Source of the DNA: an uncultured Nitrososphaerales archaeon
Lineage (GTDB): Archaea; Thermoproteota; Nitrososphaeria; Nitrososphaerales; Nitrososphaeraceae
Assembly: GCA_963695855.1 (NCBI GenBank)
Contig: CAVOHZ010000010.1
Location: 1,472,001 to 1,536,000 of the forward strand
DNA: 64,000 nucleotides
Direction of reading: 5' to 3'
Shown here: piece after piece, positions 1 to 10,920 of the stretch
How positions within the stretch are numbered: position 1 is the first letter of the stretch
Layout of the letters: the number at the start of each line of letters is the position of its first letter
Translations under genes and position numbers: made by a program
The notes under the pieces: model-generated
Databases searched by the model: none
Seen by the model: the letters and a program-made list of their open reading frames with translations, nothing else
What the model was told of the DNA's origin: nothing

Positions 1-678
1 GTTTCCTTTATGATGAATATGACAGTTATCGTTCCTGTTTTGCTATAAATTTGATATTAACAATATCAATATAACAAATTTTATAGAGAAAAGTAACTTC
101 ATTTATAGTTCCTGAATGAACGTATATAATGCCCTGAATTAATCAGTAAAATTAAAAATCTAGAAATACATAAAAGATATGACTTTAAATGTACTATCTG
201 TTACTAGCAAATTTGACTAGCAGAAGTTGAAATATGATATTGTCAGCTAGTATTATTTCATTAAACTGCTCGGTTATCCTGTCAGAATTATTATCTAGCA
301 TAATCCATTTAGAACATTAAATCAATATCGCTAGAGAACTATTTTAACCACGTTTTATTTATAGAAAATTTGTTCTCTGCATAATTCTCTTTGTAGAACT
401 AATTATCTACTCCATAACAAAATATCCTTAGATCAATATAGGTCTAAATATTTTCTATTATAAATAAAAATAAACCGGTTTATCATAATTACACTTACCG
501 ACTTCGTAATTGGTGACTCGCATACCATTCCGGAACGAAGAAAGTGCACATTTGTCAACCACTTTCTACTCCGGGATTATTGAAAATTCTGATTTTACAT
601 TTCAGTATATCGCTAGAGTAAAAGATTAATTAATTCAAGAAAAAAAGAAAAAAAGTAGGTAGGTTTAGACTTATAGCC

Positions 679-1533
679 TCAAACATATATGTTGTCAATT
701 ATGCTGTGCTTAGCAATTTTTATGTCTATTCCTGTTCTTTCATCCTTTACATAAAACTGCACAGATTGATTATTATTTGAACATTCAAGTAATTTATTTC
801 AGTTTACTCCTAGTCCATGTTTATACAGTCTATCAACATTTTCGGGAGAAAAATGCATTTCATAAACTTCGTTACTGCCTATTGGTCCTTTACTTTCTTC
901 GATAAATGTATCGGTTTTTTCATCATATCTTCTTTGATGTGCAAATTCTGTTTTGGCCCATACTTCCGGTTTGGATATACTTCTACTTATGGGAGAACCC
1001 AATGAATCAGATCCCTGTAATTGACTCGTCGAATAAGGATATTGGTTACCCTCACCTCGTTTTATTCTAATAATGTTGGTTATTACATACCTGGCATAAT
1101 CACTTTTTGTATTTTTTGCTTTTAGTGTATTAATAAAATTTTTATAAAGAAATTCATCTTCTTGCGTTAATGGTCCTTCTTGTTCTTGTTTGAATTGTTA
1201 TTGTTTGAATTGTTATTGTTTGAATTGTTATTGTTTGAATTGTTATTGTTTGAATTGTTATTGTTTGAATTGTTATTGTTTGAATTGTTATTGTTTGAAT
1301 TGTTATTGTTTGAATTGTTATTGTTTGAATTGTTATTGTTTGAATTGTTATTGTTTGAATTGTTATTGTTTGAATTGTTATTGTTTGAATTGTTATTGTT
1401 TGAATTGTTATTGTTTGAATTGTTATTGTTTGAATTGTTATTGTTTGAATTGTTATTGTTTGAATTGTTATTGTTTGAATTGTTATTGTTTGAATTGTTA
1501 TTGTTCTTGTTTTGTTACTACGGATCCAAGCAT
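679..1533 (-). pseudogene. Pseudogene, probable distant homologue of the element-borne ~225-aa conserved protein; interrupted by stop-containing 15-nt repeats and a TGA at 799-801
   Basis: ATG at 1533 (MLGSVVTKQEQ) is in frame with the 799..1002 ORF. Motifs ITNIIRIK, EVYEMHFSPENVD and QSVQFYVK align by eye with ITRIVRIR, EVYYVPFSKKAVD and DQIKFLVK of 21468..22148. Confidence 0.55.
1186..1505. repeat. Perfect tandem repeat, 21 x 15 bp (TTGTTTGAATTGTTA)
   Basis: Read directly; no spacers between units. Confidence 0.98.
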
Positions 1534-1661
1534 AACAAGATAAAACAAACTACATAAAGTATATTTTGATAATATATCTTGTCAATTTTTCATTAAATTG
1601 ACAACAGTGAATAATTTATGAATATACATAAACATGACGATAAGATAGTCAATTTTGGATA

Positions 1662-1991
1662 TTACGTTGATCTGTTTTTAATAAAACGTTCTTCTATCTC
1701 GTTCAATCGTCTTATTAGATCTTCATTATCCTTAACTTGTAAAATAGAGGGATAATTTCTAATATTATTAAGAGTAGAAAGTACTTCCTCAATCTTAACT
1801 CCATGTAGTATATCATATTCAATTTCTTTACATACATAAGTAAGTCGTCCAAAGTATTTCTCATGATTTCTCTTTTGCAGTTTTGATGAATTTTCTGGCA
1901 ACCCCATGACAAATCTCAGAATAGTTTTTTCCATATGTTGTATATGATATTCTTTCATAGGAAATTTATTACTAGTCTTTTCAAAAGCCAT
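1662..1991 (-). CDS. Hypothetical protein
   Basis: 109-aa ORF with ATG start and ordinary composition. Confidence 0.7.
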   Translation of the reverse strand: MAFEKTSNKFPMKEYHIQHMEKTILRFVMGLPENSSKLQKRNHEKYFGRLTYVCKEIEYDILHGVKIEEVLSTLNNIRNYPSILQVKDNEDLIRRLNEIEERFIKNRST

Positions 1992-2262
1992 TCATATTAT
2001 ATATGCGTCATACAACTATATAATATGATCATATTATAAAATCTCGAGAGGTTAAATAATTCTATCAATTATAAATAGTAATCATCTATTAAGTTTAATA
2101 AAGAAAGATAATATTTTTTATAAAGATTTCATCATAGAAACATAATAAAATAAAGAAGTCTAATTTCCAATAAAAATGTTGATCGCAATTCAATTTACAT
2201 TATACGAATTTTTATTTCAAACAAAAAATTGAAATTAAAATTAAAAAGAAATTAAATGGATT

Positions 2263-3408
2263 TTATGATGATATAGCACAAGAATTAGGACCTGCTTCCA
2301 AGTCTGGCATTTCCATTTCGTCATGTGTAGGCATTTTTTTGTTAATTGATATTATAGTCTTATAATTCATAGGTCGTGGGGGTAATGTATCAATTACAAA
2401 TTTAATAAATTCATTCCTGGGCATAGATAGAAGTTTTACCTTGTTGATTATTGAACCAATAGTATCTGATATAGGAATGACATGTTTTAAAGTGATTGAA
2501 GTTCCATTAAAATGTGCAGGAAGAATTACGGTGTTCATTGGAAATTTGAGGATTTTTTGATGGTAGGAATTATATAGCATTTCTGCAAATTGACTAGCTT
2601 GATCTCGCAAATCTGGTCTTCCGATACCATCAACGAAAAGTGTATCTCCAGTAAATAAATAACTATTTGGAGTATCATTGTTATCAATATTGATATTGTT
2701 ATTATCAGTATAATTATGTTCTAGAATAAAAGACATGCTACCGTTTGTGTGTCCTGGTGTATGAATTGCTTTCAATTCAACATTTTGGCCTATGAATATA
2801 ACATCTCCATCTTGGATGTACTTTATATTATCAAGATCAGATTTGCTGAAATCATAATCTTCATATGAACTAAAATATGCAAAACAATTTTCGGAGTCAG
2901 TATCCTTTTTTTTATCTTTCATCAATCTAGCAACTCCCGAAACATGATCTGCATGTTGATGAGTGTCGATTATTTTGGTTATTTTTAATTTATTTTCATT
3001 TGCAATCCTAAGAAAAGACTCTTCAATTTCACGACTTGGATCTATAATTGCTGCTGTTTTATCTTGTTTGGAAGAAATAATATAGCCGATACATCCTTTC
3101 GATATTCTTCTTATTTGCCATATCTGAAATGGAGCATTTTTAGAAACAGGAACCTCTGCAATGTCAGATACTTTATTCCAGCCTGCCATTCCACCCCTGA
3201 CACTTTTAACATTGTAGCCCAGTTGATTTAACAATTTTGCAGCTATTAGAGATCTGTTTCCATGTGCACAAATTGTTACAATTTCTTTATCTTTTGGAAT
3301 TTCTTTTAAGAAGTTAGATGTATTTCCAAATAAACGATCAACAGGGATTAATTTTGGATTCTCATGTTTCTCATAAGATATTCTCCAAGATTCATATTCT
3401 GCAGGTGT
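2263..3408 (-). CDS. Rhodanese + metallo-beta-lactamase-fold fusion (persulfide dioxygenase/sulfurtransferase-like), 5'-truncated
   Basis: Rhodanese loop CAHGNRS; MBL motifs THQHADH, HTPGHT, TGDTLF, PAH. The sequence upstream of TPAEY is terminase-derived on the opposite strand. Confidence 0.85.
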   Translation of the reverse strand, partial: TPAEYESWRISYEKHENPKLIPVDRLFGNTSNFLKEIPKDKEIVTICAHGNRSLIAAKLLNQLGYNVKSVRGGMAGWNKVSDIAEVPVSKNAPFQIWQIRRISKGCIGYIISSKQDKTAAIIDPSREIEESFLRIANENKLKITKIIDTHQHADHVSGVARLMKDKKKDTDSENCFAYFSSYEDYDFSKSDLDNIKYIQDGDVIFIGQNVELKAIHTPGHTNGSMSFILEHNYTDNNNINIDNNDTPNSYLFTGDTLFVDGIGRPDLRDQASQFAEMLYNSYHQKILKFPMNTVILPAHFNGTSITLKHVIPISDTIGSIINKVKLLSMPRNEFIKFVIDTLPPRPMNYKTIISINKKMPTHDEMEMPDLEAGPNSCAISS

Positions 3409-4232
3409 GCCTTTTGGCATTGGGACGTAACACAGCATAGAGATAAATATGTTCTAACTAATGGTAATTGTTGTTTTCAGCATATTTTAGGACTATCTAA
3501 AGACAATAAAACAGGTAAAGAGAATCCATCATTTGACTATCAAAAAATAATTCTTGATTCATTACAATACAATAGAAGTCTATTCATTCTCAAATCCACC
3601 TGACTTGGTATAACGGAATTATTTTTGAGATATATGGCTTGGTTATGTTTAAAAGATAATACTTATCAAAATAGTCAGTTCGTTATCGTAACTGGTCCAA
3701 ATTGGGATTTATCCAAGAAACTTATTAAACGATTAAAAATGTTGTTTGAACCTTTAGACATATTTTTTGATAGCAAGAAAACATTACTGAATCTAAATGG
3801 TGTAACTATCGAATCATTCCCATCACATCACGTAGACTCTTTTAGATCATTGGATAACCCCAAGTTTATTCTGTTGGATGAATGTGACTTCTTTTCAAAG
3901 GGTCAACAGGAAGATGTTAGGGCCGTTGCAGAAAGGTACATCGCCAAATCTAATCCCTTTATTGTTATGGTATCAACGCCCAATGAACCAGGAGGCCTCA
4001 TGGAATCCATAGAGAAGGAACCGGAAGATACCTGCCTATATAAACGATTAAAACTAGATTATAGGTATGGACTTTATCGAATATATTCGAAAGAAGACAT
4101 CGAAAAAGCGAAACAGTCACCGTCCTTTGATAGAGAGTACGACTTAAAGTATCTTGGTAAGATCGGTAATGTATTCGCACTTGCAGATATTGATAAAGCG
4201 ATAGAACTAGGAAACGCAACACTGCAGGACCA

Positions 4233-5242
4233 TGCCTTGTTGCACAACTTGTTCTTCTCAACACATTTAGCTAACCAATTCTAGTCATATTATGTGAACT
4301 GGAGAAATTACAACGAATCTCTTGTTAAACGTGGCGAGGTATTACTGGATTTTGATATTATAGATAACTGGAATACTGAACTAGAGAAGATGAATAAGGA
4401 AAAGGAAGGTAGGAAATTCGTATATCCAGATTCATTTGTCAAGTTATTGGGATACATGAGAGCATACTTTCACTTACCCTACAGACAAACTGAAGGAGTA
4501 GTAAGAGAACATGCTTCAAACACTTTGCCATCAATTCCAGATTATAGTAACATTAGCAGAAGAATAAATAGACTGGATATCAAGATTTCTGATGATATAA
4601 CCAAATCTAACTTGCATGATGATAATTTTGTTATTGCAATTGATTCTACCGGTATAAAGGTATCTAAGAGGGGTGAATGGATTAGACACAAGTGGAATGT
4701 AAAAAGAGGATATCTAAAGATACATTTAGCAGTCGATATAAAAAAGAAGAGAATTCTATCATTAGATGTTACTAGTGAAGAAGTACATGATGTAAAAGTA
4801 CTTCCAAAATTGGTTGATTATATAGCAATAAAACAGAATAAGGTAATAGATACTGCTATCATGGATGGTTCCTATGATAGCAACAAGATCTTTCAGTTTC
4901 TATCATTTAAAGGCATACAACCAGCAATAAAGGTAAGAAAGAATTCTAGATGCAGAAAGACCAATCATTACCTTAGAAACAAGATGGTGAAAATGCAGAA
5001 GAATGATTTGCAAGAATGGAAAGATAGTGTACGCTATGGACAAAGATGGATGGTAGAATCTGTTTTTTCCTCTATGAAGAGAATGTTTGGTGAATATGTT
5101 ACTGCTATCAGGTTAGAGAACATGATAAGAGAGATAATGTTGAAAGCATCGTTGTATAACTGGTTTCAAAGTATAACTGTTACATAATTATCAATTATAT
5201 AATAATGAGAACGATTGGTTAAACGAGTTATGCAACAAACCA
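4233..5242 (+). mobile_element. IS5-family insertion sequence (ISH1-like), 1010 bp
   Basis: Imperfect TIRs TGCCTTGTTGCACAACT / AGTTATGCAACAAACCA; 8-bp target duplication CAGGACCA at 4225-4232 and 5243-5250. Confidence 0.93.
4294..5187 (+). CDS. IS5-family DDE transposase, intact
   Basis: NWRNYNESLVKRGE N-terminus; AIDSTG, MDGSYD and RWMVESVFS DDE motifs. Confidence 0.95.
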   Translation: MNWRNYNESLVKRGEVLLDFDIIDNWNTELEKMNKEKEGRKFVYPDSFVKLLGYMRAYFHLPYRQTEGVVREHASNTLPSIPDYSNISRRINRLDIKISDDITKSNLHDDNFVIAIDSTGIKVSKRGEWIRHKWNVKRGYLKIHLAVDIKKKRILSLDVTSEEVHDVKVLPKLVDYIAIKQNKVIDTAIMDGSYDSNKIFQFLSFKGIQPAIKVRKNSRCRKTNHYLRNKMVKMQKNDLQEWKDSVRYGQRWMVESVFSSMKRMFGEYVTAIRLENMIREIMLKASLYNWFQSITVT

Positions 5243-6595
5243 CAGGACCAGACAATAAATCCCTACTGTCTGGACATAGGTGGAATTGATTTTGGCTTCT
5301 CTACATCCATTACAACTATATACATTGGTGAAGTCGATACAGAAAACCAAATAGTTAAAATCGTTATAGGAGAGGAATATTACAAAACAACTCCTTCTGT
5401 AATCGGTGATCGTATATTTCAACTCCATACTGAAATCCCTAATCTATGGTGGTTTGTGGATGGAAGTAATCGGGCTGCCGTTAATGAATGTAAATCCAAA
5501 TTCGGTGAGTTTAGACTGGGACCGCTCCGAAGACATAAATCCTGAATCCAACTTTGTGATATCTGTATCCTTTGCAAAGGAACATAAACAAATGTTGGAA
5601 CACACATATCAACTTTTAACAAAACAGAAACTTGCTATACCCTCCAAATTTGATAGATTAATCCTGTCACTAAAGACCGCTTACGCTAATGAATGGAACC
5701 TTGACAAAAATGTGAGTGTCCACAACGATGACTTCGACGCGCTTCGTTTGTTATTAAAAGGAGCTAAATTCGTCACCAGTGAATAATAATAGCGGGGTAC
5801 ACAAACGTTGCTTATCATCTTAAATGACCAGTTCTGGCGTTCTCCAATGCACTATATAATTTATCTAAATGATCTGATTTCAAATACAGTGTAACACTGA
5901 AATGATTATCTCCCATTTGTTTATTCAAAATTAAGATCAACGATTTCTTTTTTTTATGGCAAAAACATACTGTAACAATATCCGCATGGTTCGGCATTTA
6001 TTCAAAATGGAATATAGCAATTAATCATTCGTAATAACCATTCTTCATTATCAGGGTTTCAAGTTATTAGGGAGAAAGAAAGGAGACAAATTATTTATAT
6101 TGCTAAATGATAAAATTGGAAATAAATGGAATCTCTGATTCCATCAAAGGTCATAGTTTCCTCGTTTTATTATCTTTTCTTGTTCTAATACTTTATTCGG
6201 GTCCAACTAAACCAAAATCATCATTAATAACCCCTATCAGAATAAATCCTATAAATGCAAGTGAACCCACAGTAATTATATATTGTAATATTTTATTTTT
6301 ATCAATTTTTGTTTTTAAAGAAAACAAACTCATGTTATCTATGTACAACTAAAAGTACTATACACATATTAATTTTTTAAGATTTAATAATGTTATATAA
6401 TAATGGTATATTATTAAGTAGAAATATTCTATGTTAGAATTTGTTAAGCGCCCATATTCTTTATATGAAAACGTTCTTGATACTGATTATATTCAGGATC
6501 TTCCATCGTTATGACTTTAAATCCAGTTTCATATAATCTTTTAATTAAACGAATATTTTAATATTCGAAAGTAGAATCCACATCTGATGGACGAA

Positions 6596-6617
6596 GGTTC
6601 GAATCCCACCCCGTGCG
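6596..6617 (+). other. 3' tRNA fragment (T-loop plus acceptor 3' strand), probable att remnant; possibly tRNA-Ser
   Basis: GGTTCGAATCCCACCCCGTGCG; no 5' half upstream. Confidence 0.65.
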
Positions 6618-6965
6618 CTAAACTCGCAGAGTCTATTGTTTTAACCATTAATAATTAAAATTAATATAACAAATTTACAATAATGAGAGATCAGATGTTG
6701 GATTTTCAATTTCATTACTCTACCAATATTCTTTCTTTCTCCATGGGTCCTATGATAGTTGCTGCAGTCCTACGATTTCACTTTCTACCTAAACATCATT
6801 TTCTATTATTCTTATTGTCAATAATTCAGAATCTTGAAATATTACAAGATCATATGATGACCATTTCTATTCTTCTTATTGCTGTTAATTTAGTCTTGAA
6901 CTAGTATAATATCATGTAACATTTTATCCAACCTCAGATATATCAAAACAGTGACTAATTATATA

Positions 6966-7175
6966 ATGAGTAAGCAAATATTAGTTTTAACATCAATTTT
7001 GATATTAACATTAACAGCGGGTTTATTCGCTCTAAATCCATCCATGATAACAAACGCAAATGCAGAATATTGTGACAGTGAAATTTGGGATGAGAATTGG
7101 ATAGATGAGGACCAACCGGCAAAAATTAGTCCCGCAACAAATGAACCACAGCCCTGTGAAGAATGCTTGCAGTAA
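6966..7175 (+). CDS. Small secreted protein (LNPSMITNANA signal-peptide family)
   Basis: Signal peptide nearly identical to those at 7447 and 21131; C-terminal CEEC as in 20451..21131. Confidence 0.65.
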   Translation: MSKQILVLTSILILTLTAGLFALNPSMITNANAEYCDSEIWDENWIDEDQPAKISPATNEPQPCEECLQ

Positions 7176-7446
7176 CAACGACTGCTAGTGAGCATATAGA
7201 AGGAGAATACTTTTTAAATATTTAAATTAATTAATTATTCTATAAAACCATAGATATTGCTTGTCTTAGTGTGGTTTCTATCTTTTAGCATGTCTCTTTT
7301 GTACCTGAAAATCATCTTCTATTCTTTTTATCTGAACATCAAATGCTTTTCTTCTTATAGTCAATAATTCAGCATGATAAAATATTACAAGATTAGATAA
7401 TGTTCCTTCTAACCATAGATATAATAAATTCTCATTTAACAATGTA

Positions 7447-8449
7447 ATGAGCAATAGTAACAATAGAATGATAGTTTTTGCTTCTATACTAGGAGCAATA
7501 CTAGCAACAATTATGCTCGCTCTAAACCCGTCAACAATTACAAACGCACAAGCAATGCCATATGGCAGTGGAGATTATGACGATCGACATTCCTATCGTG
7601 ATCAATATGGATATGATAGCAACTATTACCAAGATGACAATAGGTATAGTTACGATAAAAAAGATTCAAAAAGTTCTCATGGAGATATCCAGAAAATATC
7701 CTGTGTAAACAAGTAACATAAATGTAAACGGTGTAGATATTACCCAAATACCTCAAGACGGTACTGCAACAACAGCAGCAAATGAAGAAGGAGCAGCAGA
7801 CGCAGCAAATACACAACAGAATGGTAACGGACTCGATAAAATAAACTTCGACAGGAACCTTGTAAATATATGTATAAATGTTAATGGGAATGAACAGATT
7901 CGTATAACAGAACCAGAAACAGGTTCATTGACCGTGAATAAACAGGTGTTTGGCTGTAATAATTTAAGCGATTCTGCTATTATGGATTGTGATGAACTAC
8001 AAGATGGTGATTCACGATGGCTTCCCTGTACCGATCCTTTAATCAGCGGTACAGATTTCTGTCAAAGATTACCAGCAAATCTATTTGATATTGAAGTATT
8101 AGATGACCAGCATATAATACTACAACAGTTTAAAGGAAGTACACAGGGGACAACAATTCAAAATCTACAACCAGGTACCTATATAGTAAACGAGTTAAAA
8201 AATCCGAATAGTAATGTCAACCAGTTAGGACCAGAAGCAACTACCGAAGACCACTGTGTTAATAACCAAGGATTTGATGATGGTGGAACTCTATCCCGCC
8301 AGAATGTAAATCCTTTCATAGATTATCGTATATGTTTTGAATACGAAGATGAACAGGGAAATGACTGTAGTACTCTAACATTAGCAGCAGGGGAAAATAA
8401 ACTGTGTACGGTTAAAAACTATATTTCCGTAGCAAGTGCGGACGTCTAA
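7447..8449 (+). pseudogene. Secreted Cys-containing surface protein, frameshifted near 7710
   Basis: The 7447..7716 ORF continues in another frame (SNINVNGVDITQIP...) into 7928..8449; the N-half is paralogous to 20451..21131. Confidence 0.8.
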
Positions 8450-8755
8450 CTCTACATTTTTTTATTTTATTTTTTACTATTACTAAAACACTTATAATTA
8501 TTTATTCGTGAAAGTTATCCACCAGATGGGCGTGAAGATTCTCCATAGGTTGTGTTACATACTTCTTTTTTTCTTTCTGCATTAAGTTTGGTGCCGCAAA
8601 AATACAGTATAGAGATTCTGGTGTTAACTGTAACGAAATTAATTCAGGTATTTAATAGTATGCAATACGTACGTAACAGTGTTCCGTATTAGACAACTTT
8701 AAGTAAAATAAAATGAAATTCGGAAGAGTGTTCCGAAACTTAGTTAATCAATCAA

Positions 8756-8979
8756 TCAATCGTACTTGTGACTTGGTCCTTCGTTTTGTTCATAAAACCT
8801 TACGAGATTAATTAACACTTCATCATAACGGGGATTTGAATAGTAGCGGGACGCATGCTCTTTCGACACCCGAAAAGTCTGTTCTGTTATTTGCATGGTC
8901 CTGCAGTGTGATGAATGATTTGGATCTACTAGACGGGTAAGTCTGCTATATCAATCCTTGGAATATTACTTCTAGCCAT
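8756..8979 (-). pseudogene. Frameshifted homologue of the small RHH-like protein 20106..20357
   Basis: Translates to RTMQITEQTFRVSKEHASRYYSNPRYDEVLINLVRFYEQNEG. Confidence 0.8.
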
Positions 8980-9059
8980 GATTATTATCAAATAAAAGTA
9001 ACTAAGTCTTTATTAAAAATATTTTTGGTTATTTTAATTATTTAGATAATAGATATGTA

Positions 9060-9257
9060 CTAACAGTGCGGAGATACCAGGAATCCATATCGTGCACAAA
9101 GTTCACTTAAATTATCTGTAATATAATAAACTACGTAATCATATACTGTTATTATTGCTAATGCAGACACAAACAGTATAATCAATGTCATGATAATTGT
9201 GGTTGCGTAACTTTTGATTTTATTTTTTTGTTCCGAGTACATTCTTACCGAATACAT
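9060..9257 (-). CDS. Small membrane protein
   Basis: One hydrophobic segment; short ORF. Confidence 0.45.
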   Translation of the reverse strand: MYSVRMYSEQKNKIKSYATTIIMTLIILFVSALAIITVYDYVVYYITDNLSELCARYGFLVSPHC

Positions 9258-9351
9258 TTTAGAATATTTACCAGGGTAATCTTTTATATATTTTGATTAA
9301 GATTTATAGTACATTCTATGAAACAGTAAAGTTAAAAATTATATACCATGA

Positions 9352-9788
9352 TTATTCTGCAAAAACGGAAGGCGTTTTTTTGATAACTTCAAACCTTCTT
9401 TTTACTTCTTCCCTGCTGTCTTGGGGAACCTCATAGTAAACAATCAAGTCTAATAAACCGGTTCTTGAATCTCTATCTCTTTGTGAACCATGAACCTTCC
9501 CATTAAGTTCTATTACGATATCTGATAATACTTCATACTGTCTCTGAACACTTGCAACACTACCGGATAGTAACCCGAAGGAATTAGACATTTTTGGTTT
9601 AGGAGTCCAGGTTTTTTACTATAAAAAGTGGATTTAGTACTAGCATTAGCTGAGACATTGGTTCTATTAGGACAAACATGCTTTTTCTGTGAAAGAACTT
9701 CCCAATACTCGTTTACAGAAGTATTCCAATAGATACGGATATTGCAACCATATCCACAATTTTTTGGATAAATATTACTTTGAGACAT
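9352..9788 (-). pseudogene. Hypothetical protein with Cys-rich N-terminus, split by a 1-bp frameshift near 9610
   Basis: ORFs 9513..9788 and 9352..9591 join through ...KKP/WTPKPKMSNS. Confidence 0.65.
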
Positions 9789-9794
9789 TTCTGT

Positions 9795-10208
9795 TTACGA
9801 TTCGTTCCCGAAATGATGATTATTTAGAGTCAGGTATGGGTCGTCTTCATATCCTGCATCTGGATAATCTCCGCTTTCTATCCGAATTTGTAGATGATTC
9901 ATGAAGTTATCCCACTTGTCAGCACCGAAGCAACTAGGAAAGTAAGCAATCTGACATATATTATCGAGTGTGTACATAACGCCTAAACATGAACTCGTTT
10001 CTAGATTCGAACATTCGTTTAATCCTGCTTTGATTACTTCATCAATTTTGGTGAAGTTATTATTTTCTACTTTCCATTTTACAGGTTGTTGAACTTGTGC
10101 GTCGGTTGTTGCTTCTGCTATTAAAGATATCAATACCACAACAAATAACACGAATCCACAAACCACAAATATTTTGTATAATTTTTCTGCTGTTAATGTA
10201 ATAGTCAT
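9795..10208 (-). CDS. Membrane-anchored/secreted Cys-containing protein (variable cargo)
   Basis: N-terminal TM helix; ATGA overlap with the upstream RHH gene. Confidence 0.75.
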   Translation of the reverse strand: MTITLTAEKLYKIFVVCGFVLFVVVLISLIAEATTDAQVQQPVKWKVENNNFTKIDEVIKAGLNECSNLETSSCLGVMYTLDNICQIAYFPSCFGADKWDNFMNHLQIRIESGDYPDAGYEDDPYLTLNNHHFGNES

Positions 10209-10402
10209 TTCTGAGATTTCCCTTTACCATCTTCCTTTAACAGTAAATCAATTGCTTTATTGAATAATTCATTGAGAGTCGTTTGTTCCTGTGCTGCCTT
10301 AATTTTTAACTTGATTATCTTATCAATATCAAGTCTAAATACAACTTTCTTTGATTCGGCCAATATTTCTATTTCTTGTTTCATAAACTTATATTTATAC
10401 AA
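10205..10402 (-). CDS. Ribbon-helix-helix regulator
   Basis: KVVFRLD...LKIKAAQEQTTLNELFNKAI pattern; divergent from SWIM; ends KGKSQK like 58080..58226. Confidence 0.75.
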   Translation of the reverse strand: MYKYKFMKQEIEILAESKKVVFRLDIDKIIKLKIKAAQEQTTLNELFNKAIDLLLKEDGKGKSQK

Positions 10403-10452
10403 TTACTGTATTTATAACTTACTATAGTGCTATATCTCTATATATCTACACA

Positions 10453-10920
10453 ATGAAACAAACAGTTTCTAAAACAGTTGAAAAGAAAAATAGAAGAGAG
10501 GGACGGGGTAGGGTGGTGGCCCTATCCCGCTATGTATACAGATTGCAGGGCAAAGATACCTACTACGTAGAATCGAAATCCTGCGATTCAAGATACTATT
10601 TTTCAAGATTTAACTCTTCATTCGCGGGTGGTTTCTGCAGTTGCAAAGACTATGAATCGAACCGTTCAGAAAGGTGCAAACACCAGTACGCGATAGAGTA
10701 CGCGATAAGATTCAATACAGTAAGGGAAGTTGCCAAGTTACCGGAAGAGGTACGCGGTAAGAAGAAGACTACTACAGCAGAAGCAACCCAAGAAAAAGAA
10801 TATTTGGAAAAGCAATCAATCAGAACCTTGAACGATATTGAGAAGGCAGAAATTGAAGCAGAAGAATACAGAAACCAACGACGGCTAATAACTTATGAAG
10901 ACGACGACTATTCCTTCTAA
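10453..10920 (+). CDS. SWIM zinc-finger protein
   Basis: CSCKD...CKH motif; paralogues at 17946 and 58320. Confidence 0.9.
   Translation: MKQTVSKTVEKKNRREGRGRVVALSRYVYRLQGKDTYYVESKSCDSRYYFSRFNSSFAGGFCSCKDYESNRSERCKHQYAIEYAIRFNTVREVAKLPEEVRGKKKTTTAEATQEKEYLEKQSIRTLNDIEKAEIEAEEYRNQRRLITYEDDDYSF

Larger units (their letters stand above)
3409..5786 (+). pseudogene. Terminase large subunit pseudogene
   Basis: Very similar to 53844..55283 (PFWHWDVTQH, KST*LGITELFLRYMAWLCL, ILLDECDFF). TGA at 3601 replaces the Walker A Gly, IS5 is inserted at 4233, the nuclease motif GIDFG follows the IS, and there is a frameshift near 5510. Confidence 0.9.

Noticed and set aside
1180-1557. ORFs (LFELL)n and (NCYCL)n, and a possible CRISPR array
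   Set aside because: They are stop-free readings of a 15-bp tandem repeat. There are no spacers and no cas genes, and the flanks fit a minus-strand gene.
6540-6620. Intact tRNA gene
   Set aside because: Only the T-loop and acceptor 3' strand are present; the upstream sequence cannot form the D or anticodon arms.
8893-8909. 17-bp inverted match to 4219-4235 at the IS5 left junction
   Set aside because: It lies within a recognisable coding relic (HCRTMQ) and straddles the target duplication and IS end at the other site. There is no second IS end, so I treat it as chance.
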